From Octopus sinensis (taxonomy: Eukaryota): DNA of 64,000 nt. The translations under genes were made by a program, and so were the position numbers. The notes below the pieces were generated by a model, which saw only the letters and a list, made by a program, of their open reading frames with translations, searched no databases and was not told the DNA's origin. This document shows, one piece after another, positions 1 through 11,662 of the stretch. Location: assembly GCF_006345805.1 (NCBI RefSeq), contig NC_043002.1:67890001-67954000 (forward strand), given 5' to 3'. Positions within the stretch are counted from its first letter, which is position 1; every line of letters starts with the position of its first letter.

Positions 1-711
1 CTCAATGAATTCTGTCTGATCCATGCAAGCATAGAAAAGTGGACATTAAACGAGTGATGATGACAGGACAATGATTGTCAATACTTCGAAGTGAAACTTT
101 GGAGGAATCAGTAACCAGATGGTGTAATTGGACATTACACCATCTACACTCAATTCTGATTAGTGATTTACCCATCTGAGGCACTTTGGCTTGCCATTAG
201 AAACTCCTCTTGCTTCATCTTACCCAGTCAAAGAGTGCTAAAAAAAGGAATCCCAGGAGACTGAAATATATTTGTTGCTTTAACTGTTAACAAAGATCAG
301 ATTTTATTGCATTAAGTATGAAAATTCAATTTTCTGTTACATTTATCCTTATGCTTGAAATTATCACCCTCTTTCTTTGAGAGTCACTAACATCTGCCAC
401 AAACTTTTTTTCTTTCCCCAACTAAAAGGCAAACTTCAATTCATTTTGAACTTTTTACATTCACCATTTGGTATATTACCCACTACCTGAACATATATAA
501 ATGTACACTCCACCACACACATGCATGCAATTCTGTCTGTTCTGATTAAGAATGATACTATTGAAAGACTACTTTCTATTGACCTGTTCAAAATCTACAT
601 ATACTAAGCTATTGCCGTCCCAAATCCTTCTGTTATAATTCCATTCACATCTTGGATGTCTTATAGTCAGCCGGACTCTCTAGCTTCCATGTCTTTCTGG
701 GAATGGTTATA

Positions 712-928
712 CAGTAATCCCTCGACTATCGTGGGTGCTACGTTCCAAAACCCACCACAATAGGCGAAAATCTGTGAAGTAGAGACAGTACTGTATATTT
801 TTTCTATTATTTTTATAATTTGTACATATTTATTTTATTATAAATGCAAAACAACACCATGGAGAAATCAACGTAAGCTTAAATAATAAACTGCAATAGG
901 TGAACCGTGATATGACAAGGGATTACTG
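712..928. mobile_element. pogo/Tigger-like (Tc1/mariner superfamily) MITE
   Basis: TA|CAGTAATCCCTCG...CAAGGGATTACTG|TA: imperfect ~24 bp TIRs starting CAGT, TA target duplication (710-711, 929-930), no ORF. Confidence 0.85.
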
Positions 929-971
929 TACCCAAGAATTTGTATATTTGATGGGTTTGCTATTATTCCAG

Positions 972-1029
972 TTTCCTACTGCTTTTTAACCAGTACTTGG
1001 TTGTTTGCTGGACTTTGGTATGCTTTTAT
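972..1029 (+). CDS. possible small internal exon of an unidentified gene
   Basis: acceptor tttgcttattattccag, donor TAT|gtaagc; two frames open (SYCFLTSTWLFAGLWYAF or FLLLFNQYLVVCWTLVCFY); no homolog recognised. Confidence 0.2.
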
Positions 1030-1243
1030 GTAAGCAATTAAAGTATGAGTATTTTAAAATCTTTTTTAATGTTGGTGTTTACTCTCAGCACTATATATAT
1101 TCAATAAGCTCAGTGTTAACCCATATATGCCCATAAAAAATTTCACTGTATTTAGATGAAATATTATGGAAAGTTTCCACAATCTGGAAGTGAAGGACAG
1201 CATACAACTGTTAGCTACGAGTGTGGACTACCTTTTTTTTTTA

Positions 1244-1638
1244 ACTCTTTTAATTGTTTCAGTCATTTGACTGCGGCCATGCTGGAGCACCGCCTTTAGT
1301 CAAGCAAATCGACCCCAGGACTTATTCTTTGGAAGCTTGGTACTTATTCTATCGGCCTCTTTTGCCGAACTGCTAAGTTACACGGACATAAACACACCAC
1401 CATCTGTTGTCAAGCATTGTTGGGGGGGTCAAACACAGACACACAAACACACACACACATATATATATACATATATACGACAGGCTTCTTTCAGTTTCCG
1501 TCTACTAGATCCACTCACAAGTCTTTGGTTGGCCTGAGGCTATAGTAAAAGACACTTGCCCAAGGTGCCATGCAGTGGGACTAAACCCGGACCCATGTAG
1601 TTGTTAAGCAAGCTACTTACAACACAGCCACTCCTGCA
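1244..1638 (-). mobile_element. tRNA-derived SINE, family A (CORE-like centre, CR1-type tail)
   Basis: minus strand reads GGAGTGGCTGTGT (A-box-like), GGTTTAGTCCC (B-box-like), CACCTTGGGCAAGTG core, central microsatellite and tail GGTGCTCCAGCATGGCCGCAGTCAAATGACTGAAAC; many copies in window. Confidence 0.9.
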
Positions 1639-1817
1639 TGCTTAGTCAGATACTTCCCAGCGAGTTTATGTCTGAACAAGTACGAGCAGGTTTTGTGTAG
1701 TGAAAGTACAACCAGGGGTATACACGGGTTAATATGTTAGTCCTAGTATTCTATACCATATTGTGATTCCAGTGATGTTCATGATCCACTGACAGTCTGC
1801 TCTGAAATATTTTGCCA

Positions 1818-2030
1818 GTAATATTGGTTTCAAATTTTGGCACAAGGCCAGCAATTTCGGGGGAAGGGCTAAGTCAATTACATGAATCCCCAGTACTCAA
1901 CTGATACTTATTTTATTGACCCTGAAAGGATGAAAGGCAAAGTTGACCTTGGTGGAATTTGAACTCAGAAAGTAGCGGCACATGATATTTTGCCAGAAAT
2001 ATTAAATTCTTTAGCCTGCCTCTTCATTCC
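1818..2030 (-). mobile_element. SINE family C (GAGCTGGCAGAATCGTTAGC head), decayed
   Basis: shares TTCTGAGTTCAAATTCC, GTCAACTTTGCCTTTCATCCTTTC and AAATTTGAAACC blocks with copies at 20.3, 55-57.7 and 62.2 kb. Confidence 0.8.
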
Positions 2031-2860
2031 GAAGAACACAAATACTTCAACCTCCATTCTATCACTTGTGTGCCAATCGAAAGCCTTTTTCTTGTTATTG
2101 ATTCTTAATTTCAATGGTTATTTTGTTTATGGGTTCCATACAAACTCACCATGTTCTATTCTACAAATGAAATAGTTTTGTATAAGTAGGTCTTGGTTTT
2201 GTGATAGTTTTTTTCCTGAGAGACTTACAGAGTATATCAAAGATTTTATCATGTTTTTCTTTTTATTTAGGTATTATGTTAAAACTTTGGTCATGGGTAG
2301 TAGTAGCATCAAAATATCTAAATTGGCACAATACTGAGTTTATATGGCTAGTCATGTCCAACAGTCACCATGACATATTTTAAGATATTAAATTTCATTT
2401 GACGTTTATTGGCCCAAGCTTCTAATAATGAAAAGTCTTGATACATGACATGCATAAATAACACTGTTGCAGTTTTACACAATTATTTTAATGAAACAAA
2501 TGCTAAATTTACCAGACAGCCACTCCTTATTCTTTTCTCACATCTCACATATTCTTTTCTCTTTTCTCACATCTGCTTCAATTAGAATGATATAAATGCA
2601 GCCATTAATATTCCTATTATCAGTCAGATTTCTTCTGCTAACAGGTTTTACAACAAAAGATAACAGATTTCATTGCTGATACCACTTTCACAAGATAGCT
2701 TCAAAGGTAGACAGTTGTCTGCAGGCAAAAGACACCATATTGCAGCATTGCAGCTAGGTGGTTTGTTTCTACAAAATATTTCAAAATTATTGACATGTTC
2801 AAAATGGTCAGCCTCTTTTACTTGGGCCAAAGTATTCCTCTTGCAGCTTTCATTCTTTAA

Positions 2861-3081
2861 CCCTTTTGTTACCAACCCGACTGAAACCGGCTCTGGCTCT
2901 TTAGTATAAATGTCTTGTTTTCATAAGTTTTGAATTCAAATCTTCCACCAAACCTTAGTCAAAATTTATGTTCCTAACACTAGCTCAATGATATCCATGT
3001 TATTTTACTAAATTCTTTGTTATATTTAAAATAATTGGAAGAAGCACAGAGCATCTCAAAATAAATACAGTAACGAAAGGG
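2861..3081. mobile_element. piggyBac-like MITE
   Basis: TTAA|CCCTTTTGTTAC...GTAACGAAAGGG|TTAA: 12 bp TIR (1 mismatch) starting CCC, TTAA duplication at 2857-2860 and 3082-3085. Confidence 0.85.
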
Positions 3082-3305
3082 TTAATCAACCGTGATATGT
3101 GGTAGGAAACAGTTAATCTTGGTTTTATTTGGATAGCATGTTGTTTTGTAATTATAAATTACTGACTTTACTATTCTGAATTACAATAGAAAGTGGTGGA
3201 ACAACCTCATTTTTATCTTCAAATTCAGTGCCAGATTAATCATTTAATTACAGAAATGGTAGAAATTTTTAAAAAATTATACTTCAAAATTTTATGAGAT
3301 ATAAA

Positions 3306-3670
3306 GGCACAGGAATGGTGCTTGTGAGGTTAAGAAGTTCCCTTCCCAACCATGAGGTTTCAGGTTCAGTCTCACTACATGACACCTTGAGCAAGTATCT
3401 TTTACTAAAACCCCAGGCCAATGAAACCTTTGTGAGTAGATTTGGTTGATGGAAACTGAAAGATGTCCATTGTTTGTGTCTCTCCTTCTCTTGACATCGC
3501 AAGATAGTTGTAAATGAGTGTCATTGTCTTACAAAAGGTGCCGTGTATTTCAATCTTCCATAAAAACATATCCAAGCATGGGGAAATAATATCTTACTTG
3601 GAAAGAGAACAAGTGAGGGTCGGTAACAGGAAGGGCATCTGGCCATAGAAAATCTTCAACAAATTCTGAT
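3306..3670 (+). mobile_element. SINE family B (family A head/core with RTE-type tail)
   Basis: GGTTCAGTCTCAC B-box-like motif, CACCTTGAGCAAGT core, ends in GGAAGGGCATCTGGCCATAGAAAAT like the RTE 3' end. Confidence 0.8.
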
Positions 3671-3950
3671 TGATTGGCACCATTCCTTTCTCTTCAGCTC
3701 CTCTGTTCTCTACTCTCTTTTACAATTAAACATGTACGTATGTGTATATATGTGTATAAGTACATATGTGTATGTATTGTATGCAGATATGTATGTATGT
3801 GTGCGTGCAATCTTCAACATTTTCTATCCAAAAGGGTTTTATAACCCAATATTTACAACTGTGTGCTTCAAGATGTATTATCCCAAAGATATATATATAT
3901 ATATATATATATATATCAAACAAAATTTATTTTATTCCACACGGGTAGAA

Positions 3951-4254
3951 ATATAGGAAGAAATAGAAGATGAGAATGCACTGAGAACAGTTAAAATATT
4001 TTTTATTAATATATTTAAAGCTTTAACTGGTTTCACAGTTTACATTGATTTTCAAAAAGTTCAAATAGAAAGATGGCTTATAAAAATAGGACAAACTTCA
4101 AACACTAGTCAGAAGCAAGACACTTGTGACATAAGCCACATCTTTCTATTTGAACTTTTTGAAAATCAGTGTAAACTGTGAAACCGGTTAAAGCTTTAAA
4201 TATATTAATAACAAATATTTTAACTATTCTCTGTGCATTTTCAACTTCTACTTT

Positions 4255-4262
<8 letters not shown>
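3951..4262. mobile_element. foldback element with ~131 bp inverted arms, probably PLE-derived
   Basis: 3951-4081 is the reverse complement of 4131-4262 with scattered mismatches; 49 nt spacer; (TA)n flanks; hammerhead-like motif in each arm. Confidence 0.85.
4155..4193 (+). ncRNA. minimal hammerhead-like motif, U3-A8 core variant (mirror copy 4021-4059, minus)
   Basis: CTTT-TTGAAAA-T-CAGT-gtaa-ACTG-T-GAAA-CCGG-T-T-AAAG: 4 bp stem I, 4 bp stem II, palindromic stem III (ACCGGT). Confidence 0.5.
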
Positions 4263-4293
<31 letters not shown>

Positions 4294-4313
4294 TGTAAAT
4301 AATTTTTATTGTC

Positions 4314-4350
4314 CTAAAATTTTCGTTGCGTCTTGCAACCTTTTCAATAG
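4314..4350 (-). ncRNA. minimal hammerhead-like motif, U3-A8 core variant, second family
   Basis: minus strand CTA-TTGAAAA-G-GTTGC-aagac-GCAAC-GAAA-A-T-T-T-TAG: 3 bp stem I, 5 bp stem II, palindromic AAUU stem III. Confidence 0.45.
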
Positions 4351-5179
4351 TTTTGAAAAGTGGAAATTTTACCGGTGAGTGTGTTATGTAAATAATTATT
4401 ATTAAAATTATAATTAAGGGTATCTAAAAGATACCACCATGCTAGAGATAGCAGTCAAAACTTGAATCTAAAACCACATCAAGTAATTCATACAGCACCA
4501 GGAGAAAAGACAAAGACACAAATAAGCTAGCAATAAACTATATATATATATATAAAACACATACATATATGTATGTATATGTGTATACTTGAGAAAATGA
4601 GAAAGAGAGAGAGGAATCCACAGACATGATGAAATATAATTTTTATGATTTTTATTGCAAATATCAGTGGCAAATTCACTTTATCAATCTAAGAAGGATA
4701 ACAATTTCAAGTTGACTGTATTGAACATGGAAACAGAAAGTCAATAAACCTGAGACTGTAAAACATCCAATCCAATGTTCTGTCAATGGTACACACAATA
4801 TACACAGCTTTATTATAACATAATGATTTATAACCTTGGTATGAAGCCACAAATTTGGAAGTAGGCATATACTCTATTTAACTGAACCAAATTATTAAAC
4901 TGGTGTGAGCCATCAAGAAACCTCTGTATGGTTTCTCAGCCTGCTATAAATAGGAACCAAATCTCTCTCAGATTAGATGCTACTGTCTTAAAAAGATGGA
5001 AGGACATATTGGATAATGTGAACCTATATGTATACTATATTTCTTTACTATCTTCTATCTATAACACATACATGTTGGTATATTACTCCATGGTTGTCTC
5101 TTCTGAAAATTAACATCATCTTGCCCACTTGAGCCCTTTTGATACCAGTCCACCTGAAATAGTCCCCTGATTCTGTGAT

Positions 5180-5830
5180 GCAAACTTTCTGTTTTAAGGA
5201 GATCTGGATTAAAACCTTCCATCAAAATTAGTTTTGAGTCATGTTCCAAACTTAAACTTAATAAAGACAGTTATTTTACTAAATTCTTCTATATTTTCAC
5301 AATTAAATGAAACAAAAGCAGTGGAGTATTTTCAACATAAGTATGGTAGCTGAAGAGTTAAAATAGGAAATTTGCATCATAAAACCAGAGGAAATCTGAG
5401 ACAGGTTGGTATCAAAAAGGGCCAAAATGATTTAAAATGGCCATATCCAATCAAAATATTCTACTTGCTTTATGTTTGAACAGGCCAGATCTGGTCCCTC
5501 ACACCTATCTTATAAAGTATTCTAAAAATAAACGACTCCATCATCAAAATCTTGAAGCTATGGGATAATGCATAATTAATTCAAAACATTGTGAATAAAT
5601 AAGCATTACATTTAACAGAATAATCTGAATGTTAAAGAGTTAAATTAAAATCTTCCTTCAAAATTTAATTTTGTTTTATATTCTAAACACTAATTTAATA
5701 AGGACAAAGATATTTTATTAAACTCAATGTTTTCATAATTTATTGAAACAAAGGCAGTGTAGTACTTTCAACATGAACATGGTAACTGAATTGTTAAAAT
5801 GGAAAGTTTGCATGTATGAAAAAGGGTTGA
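5180..5830. mobile_element. cluster of decayed TTAA-ended MITE relics
   Basis: segments ending GAAGAGTTAA / AAAGAGTTAA / AAAGGGTTGAA; TTATTTTACTAAATTCTT block shared with 2861-3081. Confidence 0.5.
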
Positions 5831-5862
5831 AGTGATTTAAATTAAAATCTGCCATCAAAATT

Positions 5863-6410
5863 TCATCATCATCATCCTCATCATCATCATTTAACGTCCA
5901 CTTTCCACGCTAGCATGGGTTGGACGATTTGACTGAGGACTGGCGAACCAGATGGCTGCACCAGGCTCCAATCTGATCTGGCAGAGTTTCTACAGCTAGC
6001 TGCCCTTCTTAACGTCAACCACTCAGAGAGTGTAGTGGGTGCTTTTACGTGCCACTCACATGGTGTTTTTTACGTGCCACCTGCACAGGAGTCAGTTCCA
6101 GTTGCACTGGCAACAACCTTGCTCGAATATTTTGTTCACATGCCACTGGCACAAGTGCCAGTAAGGCAACGCAGGTAATGATCACACTCGAATGGTGCTT
6201 TTTACATGCCACCGGCACGGAAGCCAGACAGCTGCTTTGGCAGAGATCCCGCTCAGATGGAGCCGTTAGTGCTCCACTGGCACGGGTGCTAGTCATCGAG
6301 TTTGGTTCAGTTTCAATTTCATTTGCCCCAACAGGTCTTCGCAAGCAGAGTTAAGTGTCCAATGAAGGAAGGTTGGCATGGGTGCCATTCGTCGAATTTG
6401 GTTCGATTTC
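5863..6410 (-). mobile_element. RTE 3' end fragment with (GAT)n tail
   Basis: reverse complement of the 3' UTR of the 7328-8572 element, including GGCACGTAAAAAGCACC subrepeats and (CAT)n. Confidence 0.9.
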
Positions 6411-7327
6411 GAATTCAATTTTGAATTCTAAACAGCTTAGTAATAACAAAATTGTTTTAGTAAATTCTTGTATTTTCAAAATGAATTGAAACAGTGTAGA
6501 ATTTCAACGGAAATATGATAAAGAAAGGCTTAACAACCATTTTGCTGGTTGCCATCATTCGACTTAGCTTTGTTTGTTGATATATAAGGATTCATTTCAG
6601 TTATGCTGTTTACTGTGCTTTAATCATTAAACTTGGTCAGTTACCAAAATGCTGCAAGGTAAATTAAACTTTTACATTGATTTTAGACAACACTACAAGT
6701 TCAAATTATATTTAATGAGCCAATGGAAAGCATGAACTGCTAGAAATGGCAGCTAAATGTCTCCCTTGTTACAACTTAATTCTTAATAAAAGGAAGGGCA
6801 CATTAGATTAGTTGTAAATATCTCAAAAGAAATGGATTTGTCATTGATGCAATGTCTTAAAGTAAAGATCTAACAGGTCTGACTTGAAGCTTAACAACAA
6901 CAATACCAGCATCAATGATACTGACAACAACAACAGCAAAAGTAGTAACAAGAACAACAAAAATTAAAAAAAACCCAGCAGCAATATCAACAGCATCAAT
7001 ACAAACCAGAGCACCAACAACAAAAACGACAAGAGAGGCAGCAGTAGCAGCAGCAGCAACTTGGAACTGAAACCATTGTAACTGGAGATTCTCATTTAAG
7101 TATCAAATGTTTGATAATCAATTTTCTGATGGTTTCAATTGCGAGTTGACCTCAGCAGAATTTGAACTCTGGGAGCAGAGAGTTGGTACAAATACTATGA
7201 GCTGTGTATCCAATATTCTTATGTTTCTTTCAATTCACAGCTTTTGGTAAGAAGATACCTACATACTAAATGTACCTCATAATGTTGATCATAAAATTTG
7301 CTGTAATTTTAGAAATATGGATTTACA

Positions 7328-8572
7328 TGTAAGCTATGGACACATAAGAGGTGCAGCAATGTCAAAGGAAGGCTAACTAGGAAGATAGTTTTTGTATGTG
7401 GCAGATGCTCAGGAGCAATAAACACTGAAAATGCTCTGAGACCAACTTCTGTCACTTTCCAGGGAGAAAAACTAGAAATAGTTGATAGCTTCCGTTACCT
7501 AGGTGACCAAGTCAGTAGCGGGGGCGGGTGTGCTGAAAGTGTAACTGCTAGAGTAAGAATAGCTTGGGCAAAGTTCAGAGAGCTTTTACCTCTGCTGGTG
7601 ACAAAAGGCCTCTCGCTCAGAGTAAAAAGCAGACTGTATGATGCGTGTGTACGAACAGCCATGCTACATGGCAGTGAAACATGGGCTGTGACTGCTGAGC
7701 ATATGCGTAAGCTCGCAAGAAATGAAGCCAGTATGCTCCGATGGACGTGTAATGTCAGTGTTCATACTCAACAGAGTGTAAGTACCTTGAGAGAAAAGCT
7801 GGACCTAAGAAGCTTCAGTTGTGGTGTGCAAGAGAGATGTTTGCACTGGTATGATCATGTGGCAAGAATGGATGAAGATGTGTGAAAAAGTGCCATACCC
7901 TAGCGGTTGAGGGAGTCTGTGGAAGAGGCAGACCCAGGAAAACCTGGGACGAGGCGGTGAAGCATGACCTTCGAACTTTAGGTCTCACTGAGGAAATGAC
8001 TAGAGACCGAGACCTTTGGAAGTGTGCTGTGCATGAGAAGTACCGGCAGGACAAGTGAGACCATAACCCAAGATGTGCCAGTCCACTTATGCATACCTTT
8101 CCTTCTGGGGACACAAAACCCTACTTGTGAAGACCTGTTGAGGCAAGTGAGAATTGAAATCGATCAACATCAATGGAAATTGCAGCTGTGATACCAGTGC
8201 TGGTGGCACGTAAGAGAACCATCCGAATGTGGCCCTTGCCAGCGCCGCCCTGACTGGCCTCGTGCTGATGGCACGTAAAAAGCACCATCCGTTCGTGGCC
8301 GTTGTCAGCCTCGCCTGGCCCCCGTGCCAGTGGCATGTAAAAAGCACCATCCGATCATGGCCGTTTGCCAACCTCATCTGGCACCTGTGCCGGTGGCATG
8401 TAAAAAGCACCCACTACACTCACGGAGTGGTTGGCGTTAGGAAGGGCATCCAGCCGTGGAAACATTGCCAGATCAGACTGGGCCTGGTGCAGCCTTCTGG
8501 CTTCCCAGACCCCAGTTGAACCATCCAACCCATGCTAGCATGGAAAGCAGACACTAAACGATGATGATGATG
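7328..8572 (+). mobile_element. 5'-truncated RTE-clade LINE (end of ORF2, 3' UTR, (GAT)n tail)
   Basis: open frame 7328-7885: CKLWTHKRC...FVCGRC (Zn-finger-like), FRYLGDQ, RIAWAKF, MLHGSETW, LHWYDHVARM; frameshifted GRPRKTW-like motif follows; tail AAACGATGATGATGATG. Confidence 0.93.
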
Positions 8573-8921
8573 GAGGAGAGGATTTCTAGTCCCCTCACTC
8601 CTACCCCTTTTAGTCACCTCTTACGCCACGCAGAGAATATGGCAACTGCATTCTACTGATTCCCGCCTCCCAGTTGCAGGAGCATTTGCTAGTTAACCCA
8701 TAGCTGGGACCCTTACAGGTGCTACCACTCCAGGCTAAAGTAGATCTGGGAACAATAGTGGCTAAGAGAAACCAGGGTCCCACTACTGGATGTAGTTTAT
8801 AGTCATATACAAGACTGGGAAATGAATGGAATGCCTGGTGTGTGTCTTGTTGTGGCTACCCCATCCTAAAAAAAGAGGGAATGGGCATGGGTATATGCAT
8901 TAATACTTTCACTCTTTTGTC

Positions 8922-9103
8922 ACTATATTTCTGCATCCCTCAAAACTTCCATGCTTCCTGAGATTCGCCAACACTTCACCTAATTTTCTCCTCTCCATAC
9001 ACACGCAAGCATGTATCTGACTCATACACTGTTTACTTTCCAGACATGCTTTATATGCACTTTTGACAAGTTGTGGTGCACCAAAGCACTGTATACAATA
9101 ATT

Positions 9104-9140
<37 letters not shown>
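8922..9140 (+). mobile_element. 3' end of CR1-type LINE with (ATT)n tail
   Basis: matches 50645-50849 (CTTCCATGCTTCCTGAGATTCGCCAACAC...GCACTGTATACAATAATTTCATTATT). Confidence 0.88.
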
Positions 9141-9141
<1 letters not shown>

Positions 9142-11189
9142 GTTGTTGTTATAAATGTTTTTCCATTTCATTTATGCTTTCTTAGAACAATCTACTAACA
9201 TTTCCACCACCCTGTAGCTTGTGTCAGAACAAGCAATCCCTTTCATTCAATCCACAAGAACGTCATCCTTCTGTTTGTGCATGTGTTGTAACATGGTGGT
9301 CAATGAGTTTTCAATTATGTCTTCACTACCATGCAGCAGTTTTGCAAATGTTATAAGTAGCAGTCAATATTCCCTACAGCCATTTGATGATGTAGGCGTT
9401 TCTATGGTTAATATAATTAACAAAATATTAACAACTCACAAACACTAACTTCAAAAAACAAATATTAACTGTTAGTTTTTACGCCTGCTTTATTTATTTA
9501 TCTACTTTTTTTTTTGTTTTTAAATTTCAAAATCATAAAAAATTTATTGTCATATTAGAATGACTATCTATATTTTGATGAAGGCAGGGTTACAAGTAAT
9601 CAATAAATATTCAATTTGAACACTTCAAAGACTGGTGGAAGGTAAGTAGCAAAGGCAGGGAGTAATGGCATAAATGGTAGAATACCAGACAAAATTCTTT
9701 ATACTGTTTAGTTGTTTACCATGCTCTGTGTTCAAATCTCATTGTGGGGGGGCTGGTGGTGGTGGTGGGTCTTCCACCTCTGTCCAGGCATCAAAGAAAT
9801 AAGTACCAGTAATGTTGTTGCTGTTGTTTAGTTTCCAAGTCATTCCTAAAAAGAGAGACATTCCAGCCATGACCATCCTGTCTGTATATTTGGCACTTCT
9901 TTATTCAATGTGTCTTACCTTTTTTTAAGCTAGTAAGGTTAGGATCTAAAGAAGAATTGGCTGCTATTTCTTGCTGGTTGAGTGACTACATAGAGATTCC
10001 ATTATTGGCCCAAGTACCAGTAACATATTGAAGAAGAAGTGGGAGGGGGCGATACACCTGACTGCATCCACTCACTCACATAATTTGTGGCATTGTGCCA
10101 AACATACAAATCTGTGTTTTACTTGATTCTTGCAAAAAAAAAAAAAAAAAAGAACAGATGTTATTCACCTTTTTGTAACTTGATATATGTTCATCAATGG
10201 GAAATTAGCCATACTGACTTCAGATGCAAGCTAAATTGTGTGTTGTGGCATTCATGCCTATTCTGAAGGCACCAGCAACATGAGTGAAGCATTGGCTGCA
10301 ACCAAGAAGAAACTGGGTCACAGACTAGATTTACTGATAACCTACGGCCTACACAACAATGCTCGTTTGCCACTGAGATTAAGCATATTTTTATTCTTTC
10401 CTGTTGCCAAAATAAACTTTTTTTCCATTCAGTAGATACAGAAAGAACATTCACCACTGTTAAAGATATCAACAAATTCATAAGAAATAAAATAAAGTAA
10501 AATACAATAAAATAAAATAAGAAAGTATGAAAACTGTTTGGTGTTGCTAGGAAAATATGATGGGCTGAAATAGCTGATATCAAAACGTGAATACTGATTA
10601 AAAGAACTTTACAGACATCACCCTTTCATGAAGGACAAATAGCTGCACATCCAATGATAATTCATTCATACACTGCAGTGGAGAGACTCAGACAATCAGG
10701 ACTGGTTTGCAGTAATAAAACACTGCTGATGTAATTGATTATTTACATCCCACATTTGCATCCTTGGTTTGCTTATTTGTTAAATCAATCTTTAAAATGA
10801 TAATTCTAGTTGCTGTGGAACAAAAGATGCTTCATCATAATTAGAAGAGCTTCATTAGTTTTTGTTTTTGCTTTGTTTTATTTTTTTTTCTCCTATTGAA
10901 GATACTTATGAATATTAAAGCATATGCACATCCCACTTTGTCTACCTTCTCCATCCGCATCCCGTTTAGCAGAAACATCAAGATCCAGTGAAAATCTAAA
11001 AGTCAAGGTGACCAATTGATATTGGATGCAAGAGTTATAGCGAAAATTGGCAAATAAACACCAACTTCATTAGTATCTCAACTAAACAATTCTGTTATTT
11101 CTCTTTTTTTATAATTTTTTTTTTGTATTTCTTTTCTGAAAAAAAATTTTTTCATTGCTTCCCTCAACTGCGTAAATTTTAAGTATGTT

Positions 11190-11403
11190 ACTTTTCAAAT
11201 ATATATATATATATATTATATATATATATATATATATACACACACATATATACAAATATATATATATATTTAAATATATATATATATATATACATATATA
11301 TGTGTGTATATATATATATGTATGTATATATATATATATATTATATATATATATATACATACATTCCTACATACATATATATATACATATATATAAATAT
11401 ATG

Positions 11404-11445
<42 letters not shown>

Positions 11446-11472
11446 TATATATATACACATACAAATATATAC

Positions 11473-11544
<72 letters not shown>

Positions 11545-11609
11545 CATATATACATATATACATATATACATATATACATATATACATATATATATACATA
11601 TATATATAT

Positions 11610-11661
<52 letters not shown>

Positions 11662-11662
11662 C
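11190..11662. repeat. long compound (TA)n/(CA)n microsatellite
   Basis: ~470 bp almost entirely TA/CA dinucleotides; source of the YI-rich ORFs. Confidence 0.97.

Noticed and set aside
6895-7062. Gln/Thr-rich low-complexity stretch
   Set aside because: Degenerate (CAA)n/(CAG)n repeat without splice signals.
7241-7246. 6 nt microexon-like site ttcacag|CTTTTG|gtaaga
   Set aside because: Lies at the edge of a decayed SINE; no supporting neighbours; expected by chance in 64 kb.
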